From the NCBI RefSeq assembly GCF_009914755.1, contig NC_060935.1: a DNA stretch of 64,000 nucleotides. The stretch is one strand, 5' to 3'. The DNA comes from the human T2T-CHM13v2.0 reference genome, Homo sapiens. This document shows positions 1 to 14,985 of the stretch, piece by piece. Numbering within the stretch: the stretch's first letter is position 1; each line of letters begins with the position of its first letter. The notes beneath the pieces are model-generated. The model was not told the DNA's origin and did not search any database. It saw only the letters and a list, made by a program, of their open reading frames with translations. A program made the position numbers and the translations under genes.

Positions 1-442
1 GCACTCCCACACACAACCCCTTTTTCCCAATGAGTTGGATTACCCCTTTATCAGACAAGAGCTGTGTACCTAGTGCCTTACCCACTTTGCCCTGGCTACC
101 AGGAAGCCAAGAACAAAGTATTTCCCTTCAACCTAGGTTTCTTGTACAACGTAATTATTTCTTCTCACAACCCCAATCCCCTTACATTCATTAGCTATTG
201 TTTTGTCACTCTAGTTTTAGTGGGTCTCTTCCTTGACTGTAGCATGCATTTTCTTGAAGCTAAATCAGGTGGATGGTTTCTAAAAGGCTCTTCGGGATCA
301 TCTACTCTGAGTGGCAAGGAAGTCTGAGGCCCAGCCCTCTGCCAGGTGGAGAAGAGCCACCTGGACCTGTAACAGGACACCTAGAGCTTCTCTTTTTCCC
401 ACCCAATCCCATACGCCCAAGGCCAGACTTGTGCCCACTTAC

Positions 443-515
443 TCAGCCTCTTCCATGGCAACAGGGCACTTGTACTGAGCTGTGTTGAAAAGGCAGATGT
501 CTGCATACTGGCGCA
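443..515 (-). CDS. ARRB1: ARRB1 exon 10 (73 nt): (V)[23 protein letters not shown](D)
   Basis: Acceptor ccctag|TG, donor GA|gtaagt; phase 1 in, phase 2 out. Confidence 0.97.
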
Positions 516-944
516 CTAGGGAGGGAGAGGAATCAAGGTGGAGTGAGTCGGGAATGTAGCTCCCATGGAGTCTCACAGGCGTCCCCGGGTTGGGGATATT
601 CAGCCCCAGGCAATGGCCAGAGGCCACCAGTGGGGACTTCTGCATAAGACCACCCCTGTCTTACATCCAAAGGGTAGCCCCAAACACACCCATTTCCTTC
701 CATAACCAAAGCCTTCCCCTCAAGGACAGCTTTGTCCAGAACCCAAGAAACTGAAGAGGTGGCTTAAAGAGCAAACTCATTACCTAGCCAATAAGCAGCC
801 TGCCTTACCCAACTCAAAAGCTTTGCCCTGTGGCTCAGAGCAGGCCCTGGGCTTCAGTGGCTATTTTTTATACAAGGCTGTTAACAAGGGGAGATACTTC
901 AGCCACCCCCAGCCCTTGGGAAGATTGCCTCTCGCTGTCCCCTA

Positions 945-1100
<156 letters not shown>

Positions 1101-1163
1101 CTAGGGAAAGGGGAGGGAGAAAAGCCCCCACGCGATCTTCTGGGGTTCCCCAGACCTTGCGCA

Positions 1164-1269
1164 GACCTTCAGAAGGGTCTGCTGCTCCCATCTGAAGTCC
1201 ATCACATCCCTCAGGTTCATGCCCCCTCTGCCACTCCTTTAGGCCCAAGAGGCTTCTCCGAATCCCCCA
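1164..1269. repeat. 106-bp direct repeat, copy 1 (intron 8)
   Basis: Ungapped 96/106 match to 1954-2059. Confidence 0.95.
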
Positions 1270-1953
1270 AGGCATTGTGACATTTGCCCCAAGTTCATCA
1301 GCCACTTCCCACTGCTGCTAAGGTGGCATGAAAGCCACCAAGCACATTAGCCTTCAGTTCCCTGGTGGGACCCTTGAAAGATAACGGAATTGGAAGGTGA
1401 TAGTCCTGGGCTCCAGCCCTGGCTTGGCCAGCAGTAATTGTGACAACAATAACAACAATAACATTGACGATGATGAAAGCAGTGTGACCGTGGGTAGGTT
1501 ATCTAAGCCTCAGGGTCTCCCTCTGTGCAACGAAGGGGTTGGACTAGGTGATGTCTGAAGTCCCTGCCAGCTCTAAATTCTGTCCACAGAAGGATCTGGA
1601 AGAAGCAGGGAAAGGTGAGGATGGGCTCACCAGCTCACTGAGGGAGCCAGCTCTGAATCCCTACAAAAAGACCTCAACTTGCATCTTGCCCCAAGGCACT
1701 TCCCTTCAGCCATGCCCCGAGAGAGAGGGGGTGCCCACACCTTGAGGAGGGGCCAGCCTAAGCTCACAGCAGTCAGCTGGGTTTGATTCAGAGTTTGAGG
1801 GGAGGCCCTTCCTTCTGCAGGGCTTGTCGCCCTGATGCTCAGTGTTTGGCAGGAAGGTCACGGCCCCCCACCGTGCCCCCTCTGCAATGCTGGTTGACCT
1901 TCAGCACTCGGCCTGAGGCAGGCAGCTGGTGGAGGTGTGGGGGAGATGTCCAG

Positions 1954-2059
1954 GACCTTCAGGAAGGTCTGCTCCTCACTTCGGAAGTCCATCACATCTC
2001 TCAAGTTCATGCCCCCTTTGCCACTCCTTTAGGCCCAAGAGGCTTCTCCAAATCCCCCA
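1954..2059. repeat. 106-bp direct repeat, copy 2 (intron 8)
   Basis: Ungapped 96/106 match to 1164-1269; offset 790 bp. Confidence 0.95.
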
Positions 2060-2071
2060 TGAGAGGTCTCA

Positions 2072-2383
<312 letters not shown>

Positions 2384-3261
2384 TCACCTGCCTTCATCCC
2401 CTCTCCTTGCGAGCCTCACATCATTCTCCTGCTCAAGAGACTGGCATGGCTCTCCATCACCTTAGAATCCAGCCAAACTGCAGAGATCAGCATAGGGGTC
2501 TGTCACCATCTGGCTCCATTCCATCCTCCCCTGTTCTGTCCCAGAAGTGCCCTGTGGCTGCACTTCATTTGGTCCTGGTACCCAGCAGGATGCTGAAACA
2601 GGGACTACATTTTTCACCTCCTGCTTCCCTATGTCACCAAATAGGTAACATTGTCACTTCCTGACTCCCTATGTCACCATACACAAATAGTGTCCCTCTG
2701 TCATCTATTTTGGTGACATAGGACACTATTTGTGTAAGTTCTTTAAGGACAGAAATTTGTGTCTAAGGTGTTCACAGCTGTACTCTCAGCACCTATGACT
2801 GTGCCTGCCATATAATAAACAACTGCCAGATATCTATTATGTAAAACTATGCAGAGGGGACAGCGGTCTCAACAAGAAATGGGGCTTGGGGAGGCGTTGG
2901 GGTTCAGGGAGGAGGCGTGGATTCAGTCAGGGGGATGCAAGCCAGTGAAGGGGACAAGCCCAGGGAGGGGAGAAGGCCCATGGATGAGACTGGCTCCATG
3001 AAGATTACAGGGGATCAGGGAGCAAATGAGGATCTGGTGAGGGAGGGGGACTTGGTGAGGCCGTCTCTGTGGCATGCTGGGAATGCCGGCATCTCCGTTG
3101 CTCAGATAAGCTGCCTCCATTGCCTGTAACCAGGGAGCCAGGGTCAAACTCCCAGCTCTCCTCTTACTAACTATGTGGCCCTGGGTACATTAACCTCTCT
3201 CTGCCTCTGTTCCCTAATCTGTAAAGGGTGATGACAGAAGGACCTACCTCTTTTTCTCCTT

Positions 3262-3571
<310 letters not shown>

Positions 3572-3907
3572 AAGGACGTACTTCTTAGAGCTGCTGTGAG
3601 GATTAAATTAGTTCATACAGCCCAGCACTGTAAATGGTGTCTGGCACCTAATCAGCCCTTGATAAATGATAGCTTCTATATCATTATTATTAGTAACTCC
3701 TTGGTGTGGATTTTAAATGTCCCATTGGTGGTAGGGTGAGAGGGGTGGCTCTCGATGTCACCTCCTCTTTCTTGTGCTTACCAAGCCTCCTCCCACATCC
3801 CACAGCACCCTTCCTCTTCCCTGGTCTCAGGTCTTAAGAGGAAAAGGGAGACAGAGAAGCAAGGGAGAAAAGTCCCATCTCCTCACACACAGCTGCCAGG
3901 GCTGCAG

Positions 3908-3950
3908 ATGCAAATGCATGCAATACACCCTATAGCCACCAGGTGGCAAA
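3908..3950 (+). promoter_or_regulatory. Candidate CTCF site with upstream module and an adjacent octamer
   Basis: CCACCAGGTGGCA core (3936-3948); TGCAAT 11 bp upstream; ATGCAAAT at 3908-3915. Confidence 0.6.
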
Positions 3951-4678
3951 CTCAGCCCACGCCCTAAAAAGGCTGCTGTGCCCTCAGCCAACCTCCTCTG
4001 GGACCAGTGCCTCTGGATGCAGGCACATCAGCGTCGAGGGCCCACCAGCTATTCCAGGAGGCAGACAGAGCACAGCCCGACCCAGGAGGGGCAGGCATGA
4101 GACATCCGGGCCAGCTGTTTCTGGCTGCCAGCCTGGGCTCTCTGTCTGCCCGGGCTGTTCTTCTCCAGAGAACGCTTCCCATCTCTTAGATGTGGGCCGA
4201 CCTCCCTGTCACTCTCCCCTGGATGGGTTCACTATCTCCACTTCCTCCTCACTTAGAAGCTGCCATTGACACACACTCCACTCCTGCTGAACGCCTCCCA
4301 GGAGGAAAACTGGAAAATGAGAATGGTCAGGAAACAGCCTGCTCACTGTTTAACACAATCTGAATTTAGGGTTTTTCCAAAACAAATTAAAAAGACATGC
4401 AGTCTGGAGGGGATGAAATGAGAGGCAGGGAGATGAGGGAGGAAGCTGCCACAATGGTGCAAAGGAGAAGATGCTGCAGCCTGAACCCAGGCAGTCGAAG
4501 CCACCTCCCCAAGGAAGCCCTCCGTGACCTCCCAGCTTCCAGAGTGCCCTTCCAAGGCTGGAATGTGCGCCCCTCCTCACACACTTCCAGGTATTGTTAC
4601 TTATCTCCTCTTGGACTTTGCCCATCCTGTCTCCCTCCCTCACCCAGCAGGCGGCCCACACCCTGGCATCCTACTCAC

Positions 4679-4746
4679 CGCTTGTGGATCTTCTCCTCCA
4701 AATTCTCCGCGCAGAAGGCTTTGACTTCATAGTCCACACCGCAAGC
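4679..4746 (-). CDS. ARRB1: ARRB1 exon 7 (68 nt): [22 protein letters not shown](R)
   Basis: Acceptor ccacag|GCT, donor CG|gtgagt; 22 codons + 2 nt. Confidence 0.97.
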
Positions 4747-5436
4747 CTGTGGGGAAGGGGTCACTGACCACAGGGCCTTGGAGAAGCAGGGTCCCCAGTA
4801 CACAGCCAGCCCACCTCTCATTTTACAAACGAGGACACTGGACAGGAACACCAAGCTCCCACAGCCCAGCCTTCCTTGGTCTGGAAGAAGCGGGGGAACG
4901 CCCTTGTGCTCAGCCCCAATGCTGTGCTGCCTCCTCCATCTGACATGGGACATCTCGAACCACCCAAACGGGGCTCTGCTCTTTGGATTCCTGCCTCAGT
5001 CTGGGTGGCCGTCCTCATCCAGGCAGCTGCCCAGAAATAGCAACAGGCACCTGAGCAGACTGGGGGCGCCTACTACTGTGTGCACACCCGGCCCTGGGTG
5101 GCTTATCCGGTATTCCTCTAACAAGACAAGGAGGCACGTGCTGTTATCTCCATCTTGCAGATGAGGAAGCTGGGCTCAAAGCTCTGGAGCTAGTGGTGTC
5201 ACTTCTCTCCAACCCTCAGTTTCCCCATCTGTGAAATGGGGATGATCGCACTTTGATTCCAGGTTGCCAGGGGTTACATGAGGCCAGGTGTAGGTCCTCA
5301 GAACACTTTGGTCCTGTTGCAGCCAACGCCACCCAGGAGAGCCTCCAGACCCATCACTGAATGGGAGAGTGAGGCTGACCCCGTACCTGCTGCCCTGTCT
5401 GAAGAGAGACTGGTTGTCCAAGGTGGGACCAGCTTA

Positions 5437-5628
<192 letters not shown>

Positions 5629-5877
5629 TCAAGAAGAGGACAGAACGAGCCACCTGTCACATCCACCACTGTCCTGTCTCATGTATTGCAGCCCAGACAC
5701 TCCCATACACCCATCAGACCAAGGGCCCCAGGGGACAGGCCATGTCTATCCCATCAGACCATGCCAAGCCATGCCCCATCTAAAACTCTTTAGATAAAGA
5801 GCTTTCTTTATCTAAAGGGTTTGGCCCAGCCCAGTCCTCGCAGCAATGGTTTAAATAGATCTTTCTATGATGTCTAC

Positions 5878-6341
5878 TGTGGTTGGCAGAATAATGTTCC
5901 CCAAAGATGTCCACACCCTAATCGCCCAAACCTGGGACCTTAATGACAAAAGTGACTTTGCAGATCCAATTAAGGCCTTGAGATGGGGACCGTATCCTGG
6001 ATGATTTTGGTGGGCCTAGTATAATCACAAGAGTCCTTAGAAGTGGAAGCAGGGGGCAGAAATGTCTGAGCCACAGTGATGGGATGTACAAAAGACTCAA
6101 CGGCCACTGCTGGCTTTGACAATGGAGGAAGGCACTGTGAGCCAAGGAAAGCAATGCTGGAAAAGGTGGACGCTCCCCGAGGGCCTCCAGAGGAGCCAGC
6201 CCTGCCACGCCTCCATGGTAGCCCACTGAGACCTGTTTTGGGACTTCTGACCTCCAGAGCTGTAAGCTCATACATCTGTGTTGTTTTAATTGCTGCCGAG
6301 TTTGTGGCAATCTGTTTCAGCAGCCATAGGGAGCTAACATG
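5878..6341 (+). mobile_element. MaLR solo LTR (MLT1C/D-like)
   Basis: TGTGGTTGGCAGAATAATG...CCCAAAGATGTCCAC...GACTTTGCAGAT...CAGCAGCCATAGG. Confidence 0.85.
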
Positions 6342-6821
6342 TCTACGTGGAAAAGGTGACTCCATGACCCTCTCCACTCTCTCAGCCTCCAAGAAAGGGA
6401 GAGACCACACTGAATCTCAGAATCAGAGAGCCTAAGAAACTTGAGATTTTGAAATCCAGCATCTTAAAGTCTCTGATTTGAAAGGTGGTGGGGCAGACAG
6501 ATCACCTACTTGCCATCCCTCTCTTGCGAGCTGGGTTGCTGCCGGGCAAGTGGGGAGCTGATCTGAGCGGGAAACACCTTGCAGTGATGCAGGGTCCAGA
6601 AAGGGCTCTTTCTTTCTCTGAAGCCCCTTAGCACCCCCTTTCTCCCACCAATGACCTGGCCTCAGAAGGGTCTGAGGAGTAGCCCAAAGGTACAGGTGAC
6701 AAACCCCAGCAGGGGCTGGAGAAGAGACACTTACCAGGTAACACAGGTGACAGTGCCCCAGGTCCCAGCATACACTGGGAAACTGGGTGGCAGGGAGCAG
6801 CTGACCCTCACCGCCCTCTTA

Positions 6822-7496
<675 letters not shown>

Positions 7497-7838
7497 TCAC
7501 AGCTCAGTCTGCACTCTTGTCTTCCTGCGCATTGATACTGCCCCGGTATCAATGTTCTGTTCTGTTAAAGAAGAACCTACTCCTACCCTGCTGGCATCCC
7601 CAGCCTTGCCACAGTCATGACATATTGATGTGAAAGTGCTCAGGGCATGGGGAAACCTTCTCCCAAAGTAGGCTTGGGGCAGGGCCGTCCCAGGCTGGAG
7701 GAGGCAACGGCATCTGTAGAGGTATTTGTTGGGGCTTTCAGGGGAACCAGTGGGGATGGGCAGGGAGTTCCTATGCTAGAGGTCCGGGGGGAAGAGGAGG
7801 CGGCCCTTGACAGGCTGGGGATGGGGGCCACAGCCTAC

Positions 7839-7883
7839 CTCTCCGCTCTTTGAGATACTCAGGATCCACCAGGACCACACCAT
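7839..7883 (-). CDS. ARRB1: ARRB1 exon 4 (45 nt): (D)GVVLVDPEYLKERR
   Basis: Acceptor ccccag|AT, donor GAG|gtaggc. Confidence 0.97.
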
Positions 7884-8140
7884 CTGGGGAAAGGACAGAG
7901 AGTAAGCGGCCTCTCCCAACCTGGTCTCCCAAACCTCTGTGCCCCAAACACCAGCCCAAGCCCAGATCCAACCATCTGTTCATCTAAAATCATCCTGAGA
8001 AAAATGGAAAGGCGGGCACCTAGAGGGTGGCACTGCCCACCTCCACCACGCTCCACCCTTCCCCCATCGCAGGCCAGTATAACAGACCCAGCTGGTGACT
8101 TTAGGCAGGTTAGAGACCATTTCTGTTTCTTCATCTGCTA

Positions 8141-8628
<488 letters not shown>

Positions 8629-9852
8629 TCACCAAGAGGCTAAATAAGGCATAAATAGCCTCGCATCAGTTTGGGTCAGGTTTGCCAATAAATGAATTCT
8701 GCATTAAACTTGGAAGCAATGTTAGGTTTTCAGAGCTTGGGCTTGGCACATGTGGATTGGGGGTTGTGATCTGCAGTGCCTCCCTCATGGGGCTCCCGTG
8801 ACGACTGAATGGGTACATGTGTGAATGTGCATATGTGTACAGCGCTTAGACAGTGCCAAGCACTCGAGAGCACTCTGCAGATTGTGGAAGGCGCCTCAGT
8901 GCCCTGAGGCCTGCCCTTGGGGGCAGAGTCCAGCTGGACACAAAGGACATCTCTGCTCAGCACCCCAGGAGGCCAGAAACACTGGCTCAGGGTCACCCCC
9001 TTGGCTGACATCCCCTGTCTATCTTTGGCCAAACCTTTCTTTCCTCTCTCTCTCCCCCTACCCTCTAACCCATTGTCACTCCACTGCTGGTGGAAGAGGA
9101 GGGCCAGGATGGATCATCAATGTCCTGTTGGGCAGGCCAGTGGGCTTGGACTTGTGTGCAGGTTTGGTGGGGAACCGGTAAGCATAGGGAGGGTGTGATC
9201 AGATCAAGCCAAATGGCAGCGTCACTATGGGAGAAGAATCTCTCACAGTGAGTCCCTGATCAGCTCTGCACAGTGCCCCAGAGTTCTCGGGGATACCAGG
9301 GCTCACAAGGGGCCTGGCACAAAGGGGGTGCTCTGTGAACACCTGCTGAACAGCTCTCAGGGTGCCTGCGTGTGTTGGGGGCTGGTTTCCTGCCCCTGTC
9401 CTCTCCCAGTCTCTGGGCCACCTCTGCTGCTGTCCTTAGTAGGCCAATGGACATGGACAACCCTGGCCTCAGAGGGCCCACTGGAAATGACAACATGAAG
9501 CAGCCACAGGTGAACACCAGGATGCCTGCTCCCGGCCTCTGAGAGGCCACCTCAGGGAGAAGATGCCAATGGCAAAGGGACACTGAGCTTCAGAAGACAC
9601 CAAACAGCATCCCAGGCAGGGCTGGAGGGGAGAATTGGGGGTGTTCTGCTCTAGGCCATGAAGGGCTCTGCTGACAGCCCCCTGGCCCTGGGAGCCCAGG
9701 GTCCCCAGGTCTTCCTCCTGGTGAGCTGAAGCCTGCAGCCGGGCTTGCTTCCTTGGCTCAGGAACCACACAAATCACTCCTGCCCTGGACCCAGGACAGC
9801 CCACAGGGACATGATGGGAAAGGCCATACTAGGCCTCACTTTGATTTGCTCA

Positions 9853-9853
<1 letters not shown>

Positions 9854-9883
<30 letters not shown>

Positions 9884-10162
9884 CTGAGCCAGAGTCTTGC
9901 TCTGTCACCCAGGCTGGAGTGCGGTGGCATGATCTCGCTAACTGCAACTCTGCCTCCTGGGTTCAAGCGATTCTCATGCCTCACCCACCCCAGTAGCAGG
10001 GAATACAGGTGCATGCCACCATGCTCGGCTATTTTTTTTTTCTGTATTTTTTAGTAGAGATGATATTTCACCATGTGGGCCAGGCTGGTCTCAAACTCCT
10101 GACCTTGGGTGATCCGCCTCCCAAAGTGCTGGGATTACAGGCGTGAGCCACCGCACTTGGCC
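9854..10162 (-). mobile_element. Alu (S)
   Basis: Poly-T followed by antisense Alu. Confidence 0.95.
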
Positions 10163-10164
10163 TA

Positions 10165-10326
10165 AAGACATTTTTAGTTGGCCTAACTGGAGCGTGAGGT
10201 ACTCTGGGCGTCGAATGAGTAGAGACCAGGGATGTGGCTATCCAGCCTATAACACACAGGACAGGCCACACCAACAAAGAACTATCCAATCCAAAATGTC
10301 AAGCATGCAGAAATTGCAAAACCCTG
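10165..10326 (+). mobile_element. MER20 hAT fragment
   Basis: GTAGAGACCAGGGATG...AAAGAACTATCC...CCAAAATGTCAA...AAACCCTG. Confidence 0.7.
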
Positions 10327-10912
10327 AACTTGAACAAGAACTTGGAAGGTGCCTTCAGCCACAGCCCAGCTTCTAGCAGGAACCCCATGTACATGAGGAC
10401 AGCCCCCATTTCACAAGTCCTAAGAAGGGTTCTCCCTCTGTCTCCCACTCTTTGCCATCACAAGGAAGCAGAACAAAGAGTTTTGCAGACTCTGCCAGGT
10501 TTGAACCGGGCTCCTCTATCTACTCACTCTATGACCTGGAGTAAGTCACTGAGCCACTCTGTGCCTCATTCTCCTTGTCTGGAAAGCAGGGATAGTCATC
10601 ATAGCCACCCCCACTGTCTGCTACATGACACGCCTTATAGTAAGTGGCGGTGTCTGTCGTCATCACCCTCACCCTTCTTACCATCATCAGGACGCCTTCC
10701 CTGATTGTCACCTCAGTCCTTCCCACAGTCTCTTCTTGCAGTCCTCACTTGAGTGGGAAAGTAGCTGCTCAGTAAATGCTTGCTGCCTGAAGCAGGAAGC
10801 CATTCACCCCCGTTCTTGGCACCGGGCCCCTCTGGAGAGCTGAGAGCTATTTCTGGGAGGCTTGGCCAGCCACATCTTCCCCCAGCCCTCCTCTCGCCCT
10901 CCAGGGACTCAC

Positions 10913-10973
10913 CCACAGGGTCCACGAGGTCGATGTGGTCCACAAAGTCCCGCTTTCCCAGGTAGACGGTGAG
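10913..10973 (-). CDS. ARRB1: ARRB1 exon 3 (61 nt): LTVYLGKRDFVDHIDLVDPV
   Basis: Acceptor cctcag|CTC, donor TGG|gtgagt. Confidence 0.98.
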
Positions 10974-11467
10974 CTGAGGAGGAGAGGCATAGGGGGCGTT
11001 AGCAGCTGCAGGCCCAGAGGACACAGGACCCTGTCTTGGAGGAAACCCTGCGGGCAGCCTCTGAAACTCCAGACCCATCCCTAACCCTTATCAAAATCCT
11101 AAGTGGACTTGGGCCTTCACCCCAGCCCTAATACCAAGATTCGCAAACCCCTGTAAAATCTTAAAAGCACCACTTCCTCCCAAAACCCTTGAAGGAGTCA
11201 TTATTGTTCCTGTTTTACAGATGAGGACACTGAGGCCCGGAGAGATCTTCATGCCAAGCACCACTGCCAGTGGAGCAGCAGCGGCAGAGAAGCTGGGTGA
11301 GTGGGAGTGTGGGCATCTCAGAGGGTGAGAGCCCCCAGGCAGGCGGGAGCGCTGAGCCCTCAGAGGCTCTGAACGCGGGCCGCGCTGTGTTCTTCAGTTG
11401 CTCCTTCTCCCATGCAGCCAGGCGGGGATCCACTGATACGAGGACTCGTTTCCTTTTTCTTAAATAA

Positions 11468-11760
<293 letters not shown>

Positions 11761-12213
11761 TAATTAATTTTTTAAATTGAGTTAAAAGTATATGTTATTT
11801 ATCATGTACAACACAATGTTTTAAAATAGATATACATTGTGGAAAGGTGACATCCAGCTAATGAACAAATGCACCACCTCACACAGTTAGCAGTTCTGTG
11901 TGTGAGGACTTGCCTTCTGAGGCACTGAGGGTTTGGGGGCTCACGCCCCACTCCATAGCCAGCCGGGAGGGAAAAACCCCCGAGACAGAATTCCAGCGGC
12001 TAAACCAGATCCAGAGCGTCATCCTGATGTGTGCTGTTCCTCAACAACCCTTCAATCCTTGTGACTCGATCGCCATCATTATTTCTCAAGTCCGTACCTC
12101 TCCATCCCCACAGCCACTCCTGCCTAGACCACCACACCAGCCCCTTGCTGCTCACTCGCTGAGAGCCTGCTCTCCTCCTTAGCTAGACTAGTCACCCTAA
12201 AATGCAAATCTTT

Positions 12214-12490
12214 CTTTTTTTTTTTTTTTTTGAGATGGAGTCTCCCTCTGTCGCCCAGGCTGGAGTGCAGTGGTGCAATTTCAGCTCACTGCAACCTCTA
12301 CCTCCCGGGTTAAAGTGATCCTCACACCTCAGCCTCCCAAATAGCTGGAACTACAGGCATGCACCACCACGCCTAGCTAATTTTTGTATTTTTAGTAGAG
12401 ACAGGGTTTCAAACTCCTGACCTCAAGTGATCCACCCACCTTGGCCTCCCAAAGTGCTGGGATTATAGGCGTGAGCCACTGTGACCAGCC
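12214..12490 (-). mobile_element. Alu (S) with small internal deletion
   Basis: Antisense Alu; acagggtttc joined directly to aaactcctga. Confidence 0.93.
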
Positions 12491-13606
12491 CTAAAATTCA
12501 AATCTAACCATGCTACTGCCGCCTGAAACCCATTAATGGTTCCTCAGTGTCCAAAAATAAGGATGACAAATGGGTTTCATTCCAAGTGCCAAGTCTGATC
12601 TACCGGCGGGGAGAGGGGACGGGGAGCTGTCTCGGACTCTGGGCTGAGAAGGAATCTAAGATGAAACCCTGGTGCAGCAGGGAAGGGCAATGGTGACTGA
12701 TGTTATCTACTGTGGACACAGAAGAGAGATGTGGAAGCACACGTGGTGCTATTTGCCAACCCAGGCCAGCTCATAAGCCAAGCCACAGTGTTCCCGTGAC
12801 CAGCCCTGCAGCCTCTCAGCCTCAGCCTCTCTCTTGGCACTCTGAACTCAGCTGCTTAAGATTCCCACAGTTCCTATGCTTTTATGTCCTGCCTACAATG
12901 CTGTTTTCACCTTGCCTTGCTGGAAATGCATCCCTCCTAGAAGCTGCCGCTGCCCACCAGGCTGGGTCCTGCAGCCCCAATGGCCCCGTATCTCCCCTCT
13001 GCCACTTCATGTTGAAATGATGGATTTCTGTGTCTGCCTCTGCCATCTGGCTGTGAGAGGCACAGACTGTGCCTCATTCATCTGAGTACACCCTGCCCCT
13101 GTCCCCGCCGGCTCAGCCCAGACCTGGTGTGGAATGGTGTCAGTAATGTCTACCTGCTAAACTGAGGGGGAAGCAGGATGGCATCTGGACCTGCAAGGAG
13201 AAAGCAAGGAAGCCAGGCCCTGGGAGCTGCCCTGGCTAAGGAGGTGACGCTAGGGTCCTCTCACAGCAGGGGACTCACTCCCCCACGGCCCTCGGCGCTT
13301 ACTGGTTGGCTTGTCCTCCACTGTCACATACTTACTGAAGTCTCTCTATGACAGGCCGTCTCTCCCTACACCAGAGCTCAGGGGAGCTGTGCTTCCCCAC
13401 TCTGAAAGTTTCCTGAGTGTGTCCCTCCCCCTTCAACTGACAGCTCCAAGAGAGAGAGCTGTGTCACCCCTAAGACGGGGAGCAGCACCTGCCCCCTCCC
13501 ACAGAGGTGTGCATTTCAGGGGACATGCCGTTTCCTCTGCTTCCCAAGAGAAAATGACCAGAGTGTGAGGTCAGGGAGGCGCTGGGCGCAGCTGTTACAG
13601 ACTCAC

Positions 13607-13637
13607 CTTTCCATTTGGACTGGCCTTCTTGAACACT
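13607..13637 (-). CDS. ARRB1: ARRB1 exon 2 (31 nt): (R)VFKKASPNGK
   Basis: Acceptor ctccacag|A, donor AAG|gtgagt; enters in phase 2, matching known exon 1 (MGDKGT-CG). Confidence 0.96.
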
Positions 13638-14188
13638 CTGTGGAGAGAAAGAGAGGTCAGGCCAGGGTTCGCGTATCCTGCCCAGGGGCAAGCTCCTGCG
13701 GGCCACCTTGAGGCAGGACTGGGGACCAGGGCTGGAGTGACTGACAGGCACCATGCAGGCTTGAGATCCGAACAGTGCCCATGTAATCCGCTCTTACCAT
13801 CTCCACTGGTAAGCCTCCACGATAGCCATTAGAGCTCTCCTGGGCTACGCAACAGCCGCCTTGCAGTCAGGTCTTTGCAGGGCAGGCTGCGGGAGTCTCC
13901 AAGTGCAAGTTTTCTGAGCTCAAGTGAGGAAAAGCCTGGCATGCTGTAAGGTCTGTGTGATCTACCCTCACCTCCCGGTGTCACCTCCTACTACTCTCCC
14001 TCACCCATCTCCAGCCACATCTACCCCCGGCTGGTCCTCAAGCACACCAGGGCGATTCCCACCTCGGGGACAGTTCTCTTCTGGGAGGCTCTCCCCGAGA
14101 CATCTGCATGCTCAGCCCCACTGTGCCTCCGGGGCCTGAAGTCCCTCTCTTGCTCTACTTCTTCTTTTTCCATAGCACTCATCACTCT

Positions 14189-14502
14189 CTTTTTTGAGAC
14201 AAGGTTTCACTCTGTCACTCAGGCTGGAGTGCAGTGGCGTGATCTCAGCTCACTGCTTCAATCTCTGCCTCCTGGGCTCAAACGATCCTCCTGCTCAGCC
14301 TCTCAAGTCACTGGGACCACAGGCACACGCCACCACCCTGGGCTAATTTTTATTTTTTGTTTTCTTGTTTTGTTTTGTTTTTTGTTAGAAATGGGGTTTC
14401 ACCAAATTGCTCAGCTGCTCTCAGACTCCTGGACTCAAGCGATCTGCCCACCTCGACTTCCCAAAGTGCTGAGATTACAGGCGTGAGCCACCACGCCCAA
14501 CC
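14189..14502 (-). mobile_element. Alu (J)
   Basis: Diverged antisense Alu. Confidence 0.92.
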
Positions 14503-14666
14503 AACACTTACCACTTTCGAATGTACACATATTTTGCTTGTTTATTATGTGTCTACTCTGCTAATATGTCACTCCACGAGGGCAGGGATCTTTGTCTCTC
14601 TTATCCACAGATGCATCTATCCCAAGCACCCAGAACAGCACTGCAATCATTGTTTAATAAATGATG

Positions 14667-14985
<319 letters not shown>

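Noticed and set aside
1164-1305. C/D snoRNA or hammerhead ribozyme in the intron 8 repeat
   Set aside because: CTGATGA is present upstream of copy 1 only. There is no canonical terminal C box with a closing stem and no GAAA hammerhead core.
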